Translations under genes and position numbers: made by a program
The notes under the pieces: model-generated
What the model was told of the DNA's origin: nothing
Seen by the model: the letters and a program-made list of their open reading frames with translations, nothing else
The model's database searches: none
Shown here: in pieces, positions 1-12,645 of the stretch
How the letters are laid out: each line of letters starts with the position of its first letter
Numbering within the stretch: position 1 is the stretch's first letter
NCBI GenBank assembly: GCA_028534125.1
Contig: CM052818.1
Span: 29,762,001-29,826,000 of the forward strand
Length of the DNA stretch: 64,000 nt
Direction of reading: 5' to 3'
From: Lama glama
Lineage: Eukaryota

Positions 1-683
1 GGAGCTCTGACTTCAGAGCTGAGACTAGAAGGCTGTCCCAGGAGAGGAAAGAAGATTGTCCCTGGATGGCTCATGTTAGTGAATGGTGGTTCAGAATACC
101 ACTAATTTGATTATTAAGAGAAATAGGACCTTCTCTGTGGCCTAAGCTAATGAAGGGGGACAAACAATTACCCTATATTTACAAGTGGATCACTGGACAT
201 TCATTAATGGGCACATGCACACCCAGGGCTAACCCTGGCCTCTCCCAGGCTGCACACTGACTCCAGAACACTGGGTTAGGATGCGCTCAAGGATCTGATG
301 CCTCTGGACAGTGCTCTTCCTTCCTCCTACTCTTTTCCTCCTCAAACACAGAAGGGAGGCTTCTGGAACAATGGAGGGAGCCACTCCCTGAACCCAAGGC
401 GCCACAGGCATTGTCTCAAAGGGTCACTCACAACCAAGCGGAGTCTCCTTTGTGACCTCGCCACCCACAAATCCTGTTCACACCTCCCTCCTGGGAAGAG
501 GGCCACACTTCGCACGGTCAGGCTAGAACCAAAAACCAAATACTGTTTAATCACGTGCCAGCTTCTTGTCACATTTAGAATGAGATTTAAAGAAATGAAC
601 ACCCTAAGAAACAACCAGGTCCCTTTCTCACAGATTTTCAGCCGTTTTCAAGTCACTGCCTTAAAGCTTGCAAATATGACTTT

Positions 684-856
684 CTAGCTCCTTGCTACTC
701 AAAGAGTGGTCCCTGGACTAAAAACATAGGCCTCACATGGGCCCTTGTTAGACATGCAGGATCTCAGGGCCCACCCAGACCTACACATTCAGAATCCACA
801 TTTTTACAAGATCCCCAAGTGGTCTGCGTACACATTAAATTTTGAGAAGTGCTGCT
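684..856. mobile_element. MER5-family hAT-Charlie DNA transposon relic
   Basis: ttgctactcaaagagtggtcc...ttgttagacatgcaggatctcagg...cagaatccacatttttacaagatcccc...tttgagaagtgctg. Confidence 0.75.
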
Positions 857-3624
857 CACCCAGAGGCCTTTCTTCCTGGTCAGAGCGTTTTGCCAGACGG
901 AGGCCACACACATTGTCAGATGTCAGCGTGCACCACCTGCCCCAGCATGTGGCCAGATTTCCATAGACCATCCTCCATCTCCTGCATGGGGGCCGACATT
1001 CCCTGTGCACCGTGGGAGGTGCCACCCACCTTCCCTGCGTCCCTCTTGGTCCTCCCATGCCTCCCCTGCCCACCCCCATTCTACTCATGACGCCTTACCA
1101 GCCTTCTGATCATGCCCATCACCCTAATATTCAGATTCACCCCAGCCTCAATGCCTACTAAATGATGTCCAGTCTCCTTGGCCTGAGATTGATGGGTTGA
1201 TTTATCATTCCCTCTTCATCTCTGTTTTCCCCTCCAATGCCCTGAACCCCACTGCCCTTCTTTGCAGATTTCTGCTCACACATTTTGCCAGACTTCAACA
1301 CGCTACACGACACCTCTGCTAATCCAAAGCCACGGTATCCTTCACACTGGCTAAACACTGGCTAGAATACTTGCTCTGGGTGGACTTTCTAGCACAACAT
1401 AATCTCTGAACTGTCCAGTCAGTTCCTTCTCACACCTGTCCCTTTCCACTTTCTATTAGAGTTATTGGCCTGCACGCCTCCTGTCCCCTGCTACGTGTGA
1501 ATGATTCAAAGCAGGAGTCATGTCTTATTCATCTTTGCTTCTAACAAAGATGAGGTGATCAGTCAGACCTCAAACAAGGAACACATAATTCGACCCTCCC
1601 TTTGTCTTCCTAATCTGTATGAGAACCTCCAGTATTATGACCATATTTAAGATATGGTTGACAAATTGCCTCTTTGGAAAAATATCAAAATTTCTTTAAA
1701 TGGGGCTATCTTGGAAAATCTAGACTATCTGGTCCCTGAATAGACATTCAGTAAATGGTTGTTGAATAATGAGTGAATGAGAACAAATTATTTTTTTCTC
1801 GGTAGAGTGATGTGTTAGTTAATCCTTAGTTTCCATACTGTATAAGTTAACCACTGAAGTTTGAGATGAGACGAACATGTGGTTTAAGACTCCTGGCCCC
1901 ATGAAAGCAGGAATTAAGAAGTTTCTATCACAGGGATCCATGTGACATTACTCTGAAGTCATGAGGCTGATGTCCCTGAGTGGCTGGTGGAATCTCCTTG
2001 TTGCTGTGTGGTCACGCACATTCCCTCAGAAGTGAACGTCCTACCTGAAGACTCCTTTTCCCAGAGTGAATAAAGCTCTGCCAACATCTGAGCTGCCACT
2101 GAAAACTAAGGCAATAAAAGTGTTCTTATGGATGAAGAAGGAACACCTACCAGATCCAGCTGTGAAGGGGGGGGGGATGATGATGATGCAGGGAACGCAA
2201 TTGTGGAGTTCTCTAATTTTGGCCACATTTGCCTTTGCAATTTACAATTAGTAATATTTTACCATGACCTTGAAGGAGAGACTTTTGTGTTGGGGCTCAG
2301 TGGCTTAGAGTTACCTATATAGGGGAAAGGAAGCTTCTAGATTTGCTTAAAGCAGAAATAGTCGGGCTTCGGGTCTCTCCCCTCAGAACTGGGCTGAGGC
2401 TGGTTCCTAACCTTGAGAAATGGCAGAGATGGATAACTGTCCATGTCTTGTAAGTATTTTAGAGCATGGGGCTGCCTGATCAGCGGGGAGACTCCTGTGG
2501 AAAACTCAGAAAACCACAATCCATCCGCAAGAGCTAGCAGACAAAAATATCAGATTTTCAAAATCATTTAAGTCTTAATAAAATAATCAAGTGGGAAGTA
2601 CTCTTTTTATTTTTTAAAAAAGGGACAATTCTTAAGATGCTAACTTCTCTTTTTAAATACTGTTGTAAAGCCTTAGTCTTATCTTAGCATCAGATCTCCA
2701 GGGAAGAGCCAATAAACAAGACGCCTTCAATATTTTCTCACTGGAAATTCAGCTAGAAAAACAAAATTCAAGCAGCTTTAGTGTTTGGTCACTGAATAGA
2801 TTCTGGTTTTGATTACAAACACCAGCAGTTTCAAAGATCTGTTTCTAGATACCAAATATATTTAGAGCTGGGGCTGGGCACCTTTGTAGAGTTTTTAAAA
2901 CACATGGAGGAGTGAACCTTGGTGCACATGCTACCTGTACCCAGCTACCAGCAAATAGAGGTTCTGCTTAATTAGCGAGGAATTGTTTCCATTAAAACTT
3001 TAACGGAATTCATGTCAGCTAAATTAACAGCTGGAGAAACACCCACGACTAAATTACATTCCACTGTTTCCAATTAAGTCAGAAGCCTTGGGTGCGGTAA
3101 CCACCATTACAAATGAGGAAACTGCCAAAAAGGAACTCCTTCAGTTTTCCTTAAACCATCAACAGCCTAGGCTAATAGAATTGGCTCACCGAATATGTGC
3201 AGAAAAACAGAGCTATGCAAGCCACTTTACAGCATTAATTGATGCACTGAAGCATTTCATGCCAAAGGCCGTGCTAGGTACAGGAAAGACTTGAACTGTG
3301 AGGCTCAGACAGGAGGCCACCACATGAGAGGAAAGCAGCATCTCCTATTTATGGTTTCCTTTCCCAGTGCGCTTAGGGAATTATTGGCCTTCTGAAATCA
3401 AAGAGAAAAACTATCCTCAGGCTGGCCAATCACATCGAACCCTCCGGCCCCTCTGTTACTGAGGTCAAAATAACTATGAAGTCAATATTCATAAATCAGT
3501 TTTCAAAGATTCGTATATCCTCCAATCTCTAGGAGAAGTATGATCTTTAGGGAAAAGTTTGGAATCTTTGTAGTAAGTGTAGCTTGGACATCTATTAGGA
3601 GGCTGTCAGCAGACTACACTGCAG

Positions 3625-3760
3625 AAGTGATCTGTGATTTTAGGGGCTCTGAGAAGGCTCTGATGCTCCCAAACCCATTCCCTTCCTCCTGGTATGTGTC
3701 CAAAATTGTGCTATTATAGATTCATGGCTTTCAACTGAGATTCCTAGTTAAGATCCCCTG
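3625..3760. mobile_element. Old hAT relic (MER103-like)
   Basis: Degraded motif ending ...gttaagatcccctg; a similar relic lies at ~47710-47850. Confidence 0.4.
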
Positions 3761-4245
3761 GAGGAGAGACTCTTGGCTATTATTATCTGTGAAGGATTTA
3801 AGCAGGTCTGGTACTGTGGAAACTTAAAAAGTGAGTGAGGTTAAGTTGCTGGTTCTGATCTTGGCCATCCAACCTGTCCATCCTTCCTTCACTAGAGTGA
3901 TTTTCTTCCCACATTGAGTCCCTTTGAAATGGTTCTTGTATCACATTATTGAAGATCACATCTCTCAATTGATTGGTTTGCATGAAGATGTAAATGATTG
4001 GTATAAATTTAGTGTGTAAGTTCAAGAAATGTTTTACACTTACTAAGATTCGAAGCCTGAATGCTGAAAAGCTCCAGCCAAAGGAGTTTCAGGAAGCAGC
4101 CAGTTATGTGCTGAAAATTGTCTGCTCTTCTGGTCTATACACAGATTTTGTATAAGGTGGACTTTGGTAGCTGGTCTCCAAAGATGATCCCCAATGAACA
4201 CCAGCAATTCTCACTTTTTTGTAGTCCCATAGGACTGGACTCTGC

Positions 4246-5344
4246 TTTGGAATAATTTGTGAAGAATTTGTACAAATTCTTCTTTAAATGATTGGTAGAC
4301 TTCACCAATGAAGCCATCTAAGCCTGAGCTTTCATTTGTGGAATTATTACTATTATTCAATCTCGTTATAGGTCTTTAGATTTTCTACTTCTATTTGAAT
4401 GAGTTTGAAAAATTACTTTCTAGGAATTTATTCATTTCATCTAAGTAACCTAATTATTAGTATACAGTTGTTTAAAGTATTTCTTTATAATTCCTTTTAT
4501 TTATGTAAGGTGGAAAGTAATAATCCCTCTCTCATTCCTTTTATTTATTTTTTATTTTTTAAATCATTTTTTAGGCAGGGGGAGGTAATCAGATTTATTT
4601 TTTATTTTTAGAGGAGGTACTGGGGATTGAACCCAGGACCTCATGCATGCTAAGCATGCATTCTACCACTTGAGCTATACCTCAACCCCCCTAATTCCTG
4701 ATATTATTTGCTTTTCTCTTTTTTTCTTGGTCAGTCTAGCTGAAAGTCTGTCCATTTTGTTGATCTCCTCAAAGAACCAATGTGTCATTTTGCTGATTTT
4801 TCTCTATTGTTATCTATATTTCATTAATTCCCACTCTAGTCTTTATCTTCTTTCTGCTTGCTTTAGGTTTAGTTTGCTGTTCTCCCTCCAGTGTTAAGGT
4901 GGAAAGTTAAGTTAATTATTTGAGATTTCTTTTTTTTTTATAGACCATAAACAACTATAATTTTCCCTCTTGGCCCTACTTTAGCTGCATCCCATAACTT
5001 TTATTGTGCTATGTTTTCATCTTCATTTATCTCAAAGTATTTTCTAATTTCCCTATGGTTACTTAGGAGTGTGTTGTTTAATTTCTGTGCACTTGTGAAT
5101 TTCCCAAGTTTCTTCCTGTTACTAATTTCTGAATTCATTCTATTGTTGTTGTATAATTTTACCCCTTTTAGACTTACTGCTTTATGGCCTAGGATGTGCT
5201 GTATTCTGGAGGATATTCCATGTGAACTTGAGAAAAATGTACCCTAATGCTGTTAGGTAGGGTGTTCTATAGACATACGTGAAATCTAATAAGTTTACAG
5301 TGTAGTTCAAGTTTTCTGTTTCCACACTGCTCTTATGTCTAATT
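4246..5344 (-). mobile_element. Old L1M ORF2 fragment
   Basis: T-rich antisense L1 motifs (ttctttaaatgattggtagacttcaccaatgaagccatct; gttccatgtgaacttgagaaaaatgt-like). Confidence 0.8.
4540..4690 (-). mobile_element. Camelid tRNA-derived SINE (Vic-1-like) inside the L1
   Basis: Reverse complement reads GGTATAGCTCAAGTGGTAGAATGCATGCTTAGCATGCATGAGGTCCTGGGTTCAATCCCCAGTACCTCC (A and B boxes) then an A-rich tail; flanks ctcattcct/ctaattcct resemble a TSD. Confidence 0.88.
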
Positions 5345-5378
5345 GTCTGGCCCATGCTTTGACTTAATCAATAGAAGG

Positions 5379-5911
5379 TACAGTGGTTAGTTTTATAAAA
5401 ACAACTTGACTGGACCACACAGGGCCCAGATATTTGGTCAAACATTATTCTAGGTGTGACTGTGAGGGTAGTTCTGAATGAGACAAACATTTGAATTGCT
5501 AGACTGAGTAAAGCAAATTGTCCTCCCTAATGAGCTTCATCCATCAATAGAAAACCTGAATGGAATCAAAAGGATAAACAAAAAAAGGGAATTCCTTCTA
5601 CCTAAGTTTTTGAGTTGTAGCACTGGCCTTTTGCTGTCTTTGGACTCAAACTGAAATGTTGGCTCTTCTTGGGTCTTGATTCTGCCAACTTTTGGACTGG
5701 AACATACATGACTAGCTCTCTTGGGTCTCAGGCCTTTGGACTCAGACTAGAACTACATCATTGGCTCTCCTGGGTTGCCAGCTTGTCAACTACAGATCTT
5801 GGGACTTCTCAGCCTCAAAAATCACATATGCCAATTCATTCTAAGAAACCTTTTTCTTTAAATACATATGCCCTATTGTTTCTATTCCTCTGGAAAACCC
5901 TGACTAATACA
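5379..5911 (+). mobile_element. MLT2 (ERVL) solo LTR
   Basis: Motifs cccagatatttggtcaaacattattctaggtgtg and ctctggaaaaccctgactaataca; 5-bp TSD gaagg at 5374-5378 and 5912-5916. Confidence 0.88.
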
Positions 5912-6289
5912 GAAGGTATCAGAAGTGACCATCTGAACCGACATTAAGATGGCCTGGCAGTGTTCCCTCTTGGACTTTTAGGAGTCCTGAGATACCATAT
6001 ACCAAACATGACTAGCCTCCTGGAGACACCACAAGGGAAGAAGAGGCCCTGACACCAAACTGAGAGTGAGAAAGGCTCAGATATGATGGTGGGCCAGGTG
6101 GACCTCCAGATGACTCTGGCTGTCAACAACATCTCATGTAAACCACATGACATTCCAAGTGGAACTAGCAGAAGCTGCCTAGCTGAGTCCAATCAGCACA
6201 CAGAATCATGAGAGATAATGAAAGTTATACAGCAATAGATAACCAAGAAAAAAAAAAACACCACAAATGACCATGATTGTTGTTACAGC

Positions 6290-7070
6290 CACATTTACCA
6301 AGCTTTTTGCTCTTTCCTGCTCACATCTCAGATTCTCCATTTAGGATAATTTTCCTTATCTGTTGGTGGCAAGCTACTGTTTTTGTTTACCTAAAAATGT
6401 CTTTATTTCACTATCATTTTTAAAAAATATTTTCACTGGGTACAGAATTCTAGGATGGCAGTTGTTTTCTTTCAATACATTATAGTCGTCATTTCACTGT
6501 TTTCTGGATTCTGTTGTTCCCATTGAAGTCAAGTGTCACTCATGATAAGTAATCATTTTTGTCTAGTTTCCAAGACTTTCTATTTGTTTTTCATTTTCTT
6601 TAGTTCTGTTGATATGTGTGGTGTGAACTGATTGTTATGACTGCCTTCTCTTGCTTCATTTGTTTATTCATCTTATTATTTACATTATTTATTATTACTA
6701 TTTATTTATCTTACTTAAGATTTTTTTGGCTTCTTGAATCTTCTACTCTCTTTTCAGTATCTGTTAAACCTTCTTGATTTACCCTGTATCGTTATGAAAA
6801 CAATGTGGTACTGGCACAGAAATAAACAACCAGAACAATGGAACAGAATAGAAAGTCAGAAATAAACTTGCAATTATATGGACAGCTGAAGTATAACTGA
6901 AGTGATAGAGCAGAACAGTGGGGAAAGGATGAACTTTCCAATAATGGTACTGGGGAAACTGGATATCCATATTGGAAGAGAAATAAATTTGGAGACCTAC
7001 ATCACATACAAAAACCAATTCCAGGTAGTCCTAAAAGACTTTTAGAAGATGATAAAGGAGACTATCTTCT
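6290..7070. mobile_element. Degraded L1 fragments (minus ~6290-6780, plus ~6790-7070)
   Basis: aaaatgtctttatttcac...ctgggtacagaattctagg (antisense); aaaacaatgtggtactggcacagaaataaac...aatggaacagaataga (sense ORF2). Confidence 0.65.
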
Positions 7071-7279
7071 CACTGTGTCAAATCAGGAAGCATAAAATAT
7101 CAATTTGTTTCCTTTGAGGTGATGCTAAATTTTTTTCACTTAGATAGCATCTGGTGTCTAGCAGATCACTTCATCATAAACGTATCTTGATTTTTGAAAA
7201 GATTTTAAAACTATTGCTAAACAATTGTGTGTCCCATGTATATGATTTTAAGAAATACAAACAGAGGAGACATTTGTGA

Positions 7280-8095
7280 TTTTCCTGCCCAGCACCTATT
7301 CCCCTTCCTCTGGTAACAGATGCCTGAATGCTTTTGGAGACCCTCCCATCTCAGACCCTATATTTCAGTGGAGCTAACTGTACCCTCACTCCCAGGGGTG
7401 GGCAATCTGAACATCATTTTCTTCTGACCCACAGTTATAAATTCAGAGGTGGGAATGTGACCCAAGTCAAGTTAATCAAATATGTGTTTTTAAAATTTTA
7501 ACAAACTCTTATCTAGTGTTTACAACATGCTTAGCACTGTTCTAAACACTCTACAAGTATTAACACATTTCGTATGTGTAATCCTATGGGAAAAGTAGGC
7601 TGTCATCAACGACTGAACAGATAAGGGAGCTATGGTACAGATAGGAGAAGTAATTCACCCACGGTCATATAGCTGGTAAGAGGCAGGGCTGGGATTTGAA
7701 TGTGGGCATTCAGCAGGGAGAGTCTATGCTCTTAACCACTATACAACATAGTGGTTTTATTTGAGCACCAGAAAGGGGGCATTCTCTCTTCTACTGGACA
7801 TGAGCTGCAGGGAGGAAACCTTGGTGTGGACAATGCAGGTAATGGCAGCCATCTTACCACCTTTAACCATCTTACCAGGTGGTTAAAGACTATCTGAGAA
7901 TGGAGTCAACAGAGGGAAAGGAGGAGGAGAAAGACTAGGTCCTGATGACCTCACTGAGCCACTGGCTCCAGTGTGCATGAAAGTCTACCCTGGACTTCAC
8001 AGTTTCACGAACTATATGGATAGACAGTATACCTTTCCTTTCCTTAAGCAATCTTAATGGGGTTTTCTGTAACTTGCGACCAGAAGTCTTGTTCC
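7280..8095. mobile_element. Old MLT1-type LTR interrupted by a MIR (~7480-7745, minus)
   Basis: LTR-like gggaatgtgacccaagtc and ttttctgtaacttgcgaccagaagtc; MIR core taattcacccacggtcatatagctggtaagaggcagggctgggatttgaa. Confidence 0.55.
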
Positions 8096-11000
8096 TCATA
8101 GGATCAGTAAAGGACTTGAGTTATTCTGAAGTTATTCTGACTTAATAAACAGTATTCAAAATTGCCTTGAACTGAGGTTAGAGTGCTGGGCCTTTGAGGC
8201 CCTGAATTGCCCCAGGCCACTCTGGGAGAGATAGAACTGTGGTCCCTCGGCCATGTCAACCCTGGAGAAGGGACTCGGCAATGAGCGATCAGCAGCCAAT
8301 ACCCTCAGCAATCAGGGGGATGAACACCTGCATCAGGAAGGGTGATCTGGATAGTCCACAGCATCCCCATTACAGGTCTTACCAGTCAGTCCTTAGTTGC
8401 TGTTGTCCGTATTTCACAACCTGGATTCAAGTCTAGTCTTTCTGGCTCCAAGGTCCTGTCATCTCCACTGCACATCCCTGTAGTCACCACTGTCAGGATG
8501 GTAATCCACCCTGGGAAAGTTAAGACCCTGTCGCTGTGTCCAGTGTCAATGGCAAGCACGCTTCCATCACACCCACAGCTAGAGTTGATTGCTAGAAGAT
8601 ATATTCTACCCGGTAAAAAGATGGAGCTACTACTGACAAATATTACTACCTCTCCTATTTCCCAGGCAGTCTGTTAAGAAAGGGTTCATGTTGGGTAGAA
8701 ATTTATAGACGAAATGAGGAGGGCAAAAAACTTCATGGGACTCTGTCCAGCTATACCAAGCACAAATAAACAGAAAATGTTTTTACACGCTGCCAACTAG
8801 CTCAGACAGAATTTAAGGAGGAAAAGTTATTACTTAAGGTTGAAAGGAAATTGGCAAGACATGTATATGGCCTGGGGCATCTTTGTTCAAAAGCAGAACT
8901 GAATGTCCTTCCAGTTAGCATGCTTATGCTACAGAGTGACCATTTCCCCGCTCCTCCCCAGCCCTACCCTGACATTTTCTCATGCATACTTAGACTTTGG
9001 CATCTTGCTTGGTGCCAGGCTGGATGTCTACAGTGTGTCTGCTCAGTCCTTCTTCCTGGGATCTGCTCCTCCCTTCGCTCCAACCAGTGCGGCTGGACTG
9101 CCTGCCTTGCGAGGTGTACATTTGACCTTGCCCTTCTCTGAAATGTTTTGGCCTGAGCCCAGAGAAAGAGAAGCAGCTCCTCTTTAGGAGTGAAGAGTCA
9201 GACACAAACAGCCTCTCAGTGACCATGTTTTCTGCTGTGAGAAATGAAGAGGCGAAATGGAGTGTTGGTGGCACAACTTTCCCTGGTTCCCGAGGTCCCC
9301 AGACCAACCTCAAATGGGCCACACGGGAGACTGGTTCTGTGAGTCCAACACCTATGCCTTTGTCCATACTAGCCAGAGTGGGATTTCTGTCTTCAGAGTT
9401 CAAATACATCATAGACTCATAAAAACAGGCGGACCTTTGAGAGGCTATCTGAAAAGTGCTCTGTCTCCAGGCAGGATTCTTAAAGTAACAAAGGTGGCTA
9501 CCACACCGAAGACTCCCCAAGGAAAGAAACCCACTTCTTCTCTCATAGCCTTTATTCATTACTTAATTAACCTTAAAATTACGTATTTCTTTATTTGTCT
9601 CTTAGCCACCATGCCTTTCAAGCTTCCTCTCTAGAATGAAACCCTGATTCTCTATCACCTGAGGTCACCAAATAGACTCAGGAAGTACCATTGAAACCTG
9701 ACAGGCCCTTGCTTGCATGGATCATGGAGGGTGACTCTGTCCTTCAGTTTCTGTCCACAAAACTCTCAGGGTCTTCCCCTAGAAGATGTTCTTATTCAGC
9801 GCCTACCCTGACCAAGATAGAACCTCATGAGAGACAGGCAATAAAATCATTTAACTAGCTGACGACAGAAAACAGATAGGCACTGTTTATACAATCAACC
9901 TTCTTTCACTTAAACACAGCGATTCCATTATCCTGTGACTTTCTTCCCAACCCATTTAAACATTCTGCATAAGACCTAGTTCCATCCTTTCTTTGTTTCC
10001 ATGTTGGGTTTTTTTGTTTTGGTTTGGTTTTTCACCTTTTTGGAATCTCTTTGGATACTTTAATCTTCCTCAAATGTAGAGCCCAAACCCCAAAATGATG
10101 TGTGGATGAGGCCTTGAGCAATGGCAAGCCAGGTGGAGAGTTATTTTTCAACTCCTGTCTGCCAGGCCATTAATACATCCAAGTATCAAGTTTGCATTTA
10201 AAATAACATGGTGACCTTTCCCTCTACTCTCCTAGGACTTTCTGAGTGAATGTGCCCAGGGACCCCTGACCATCTCTCAGGAGATGAGTCCCACCTTGTT
10301 CATAAGATGGACATCATAGTCACTAGTTCATCTCCAACACAGCACTTGTGTCTCCCGTGCTTTGACAAGGGATTGGTCCAGGACATTCCTCTGGAGATGC
10401 ACTTAAGGCCCAGGACTTCCCTGGGGCTTTTGATTTTTGAGATGTTCTGGGAGCCTCATCCTCTGGGGGACTAGACACAGTTGGAATAGACCTGTGTAAG
10501 CAGCTGTGATCCCAGAAGCATTAGTCCATAATTTCCATTCTGTTGAGCATTTTTGATATATCTTTGAGTATCATTTCCATGCCAAGACCAGGCCTTTCCC
10601 TGCTTCAGGGGAGGAAGGTTTGAGGCACATGAAAGGATGCAGGTGTCCACAATCCTCCCATCAGCTGTACCCCAACTGGTATCCTCCACCCAAGAGGGTG
10701 AGGAGGCTCACAGCTGTCGTGAAGCTAAAGACAGGTCAGCCGGGAAGGTTGGGAGTAGCCTTTGGCTTAGGCAGCAACCTGATAATTATAGGACCTAATC
10801 TTGGTAAATGTAGTCAGCAGAGGATCAGGGGTGGTTTTAGTTTGGTCCAACAAGCTACTAGCAGGTTAAAAATGCCTAAGGCATGTGTGTATTTATCAGC
10901 TGATCACAAACCCGCAACAGCAAACCCCTTTAGGGACATAAAAGAAAAGAATGATGTGACCAGTGACATTCTCAAGTTCCCAAACACTCCTAGTCCAGAA

Positions 11001-11959
11001 AGGCTGAGAGAAATGCAATCTATTTCAGGGGCTTTGTCAATGACTTTTTAAAAAAGTAATGCATTTGATTTCCTACTTAGATTATTTATCTAAAGAGCCC
11101 CTGGGTAGGTGCAGATGTGAAGCCATGGGTAACACAACAAGCTGGAAGACCGGAAGACCATGTGGGATGCCAGGCCCTGGGAACTGGGAATTCCCTCTCC
11201 TTCCTCACTCTGACCTTGCTACTGCTGCTGCCAAGGTCCAGGAACCCTCATCATTTATTATGTGAGTTTTCTGTAGTTGGAAACACTTGGGAGAAAAATT
11301 TTCCACCCTTATATACTTGTATACTCTTCCATGCCCTTCCTCTATGCACTGTAAGGTTTATTGTCGAGAATGTTCATTTTGGGTGCAGTGGAACTAAGGA
11401 GACACAGGGACGGGCCCCTCTCCCCAGAAGTTCTGGTCCCTCAGGTGAGGAAGATGCTGAAATTCAGACCCAAAGGAGTTTCTTAGGTTCTGCTGTGAGT
11501 GGCCTGCTCTGCCCCCTTGGAGGGCGGGATGGACCTGAGAGGGGCTGCTTTTTCAGAGTCTGAGCAAGTGTCCCCTGTGCTTCCTTAATTAGGAGCTCAG
11601 CTCAGGCTCTGAAAGGTTTCTACCCTTCTCTCCTTCATGCTGAGAATAAGTCATACAAGCAAGTTAAGAGGGAGTTTTTTAAATGGTAATTTCTTATTTC
11701 TCATGACAAAAGCAAGACATATTTACTTTAGGAGAATACAAATAAAAAGCAAAGGCACCCAAAATTCCCTCATCTTAGAGAAATCACTATTCATGCCTAC
11801 TAAGGCATACATCCTCCCACCCTTCACCTGTGCAAGTATCACGATGAAAGTAGTAACTCACCGATGGCGCAGGTGCTGGGCTGCACAGTTTACATCCATC
11901 ATTCCACGAGTCTACCAGTCACTCCACCGCACCCTAGCAAGGTGCGTGGGCAAAGTGGG

Positions 11960-12300
11960 GAAGCCAGGCCACCCAGGAGCTGAAACTCGCTCTGCCACCC
12001 ACAAGCTGGGTGGTCTCCAGCAAGGTGGTTAGAGCTCTGGGCCTCCAGCTCCTTACCTGTCAAATGTGGGAAATAATACAGTGCTGGCATTGTGTGGGTT
12101 GTCCAGAGGATTAAATGAGTTAATACATGTAAAATGTTTACTGCTTGCTACCTGTGAGTGCCCAGCTGGGTAGTCATCAATTATCCCCTTTTTAGAGATA
12201 TGGAAACATGTTCAGAGAAGTCAGGGACTTGGTCAAAGTCCCACAGGTATTAGGTGACAAAGCCAAGTGTGAAACTTCAATCTCTTCTGATTCTGGGTAC
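11960..12300. mobile_element. Two MIR SINE fragments in opposite orientation
   Basis: ctgtcaaatgtgggaaataata...gaggattaaatgagttaatacatgtaaa; agagatatggaaacatgttcagagaagtcagggacttggtcaaagtcccacag. Confidence 0.65.
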
Positions 12301-12484
12301 TTTATGATGTATTTGTGTGCATGTGAGAGAGAGAGACAGACAGCGAGATTTCCCCAGTGAACTCTCTGCTGTGAACATCTTGAGTTTACACTATAACAAA
12401 TACTCCAATGCCTGGATGTGCCCTGGACCTTGTCTTGGTCGGAGGGTAGAGTCATGGGGAGCTGGCAAAGTCCTGGCTTCATCC

Positions 12485-12645
12485 AGTGCCAGGCTGCTCA
12501 AGCTGTAACCGCACAGGAGGCCCCTAGGCTCTTGTTAACACGCAGATTCTGAGTCAGGCAGCCGGGTGGGGTCTGCGACTCTGCATGTCTAACAAGTTTC
12601 CCAGCGAGGCCGGTGGCTGCTCTTCTGGGAACCACTGCAGTGAGG
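12485..12645. mobile_element. MER5A-like DNA transposon
   Basis: cttgttaacacgcagattctga...ctctgcatgtctaacaagtttcccag. Confidence 0.7.

Larger units (their letters stand above)
4157..6245 (+). mobile_element. MaLR MLT1-type solo LTR split into ~4157-4245, ~5345-5378 and 5917-6245 by later insertions
   Basis: 5' motif tctccaaagatgatccccaatga; 3' motif cctagctgagtccaatcagcacacagaatcatgagagataat...agcaatagataacc. Confidence 0.6.

Noticed and set aside
1640..1658. Short hairpin accatat-ttaag-atatggt
   Set aside because: A 7-bp AT-rich stem is expected by chance in 64 kb.
4606..4682. tRNA-like sequence (also ~32550-32615)
   Set aside because: SINE heads with A-rich tails and TSDs, not tRNA genes.
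8851..9634. Overlapping ORFs including the 189-aa minus-strand ORF 8990..9559
   Set aside because: No recognisable domain or exon structure; consistent with chance ORFs. A BLASTP/PhyloCSF hit would change this.
10620..12032. Run of 131-148 aa plus-strand ORFs
   Set aside because: No recognisable protein similarity; partly overlaps MIR and other old repeat remnants.
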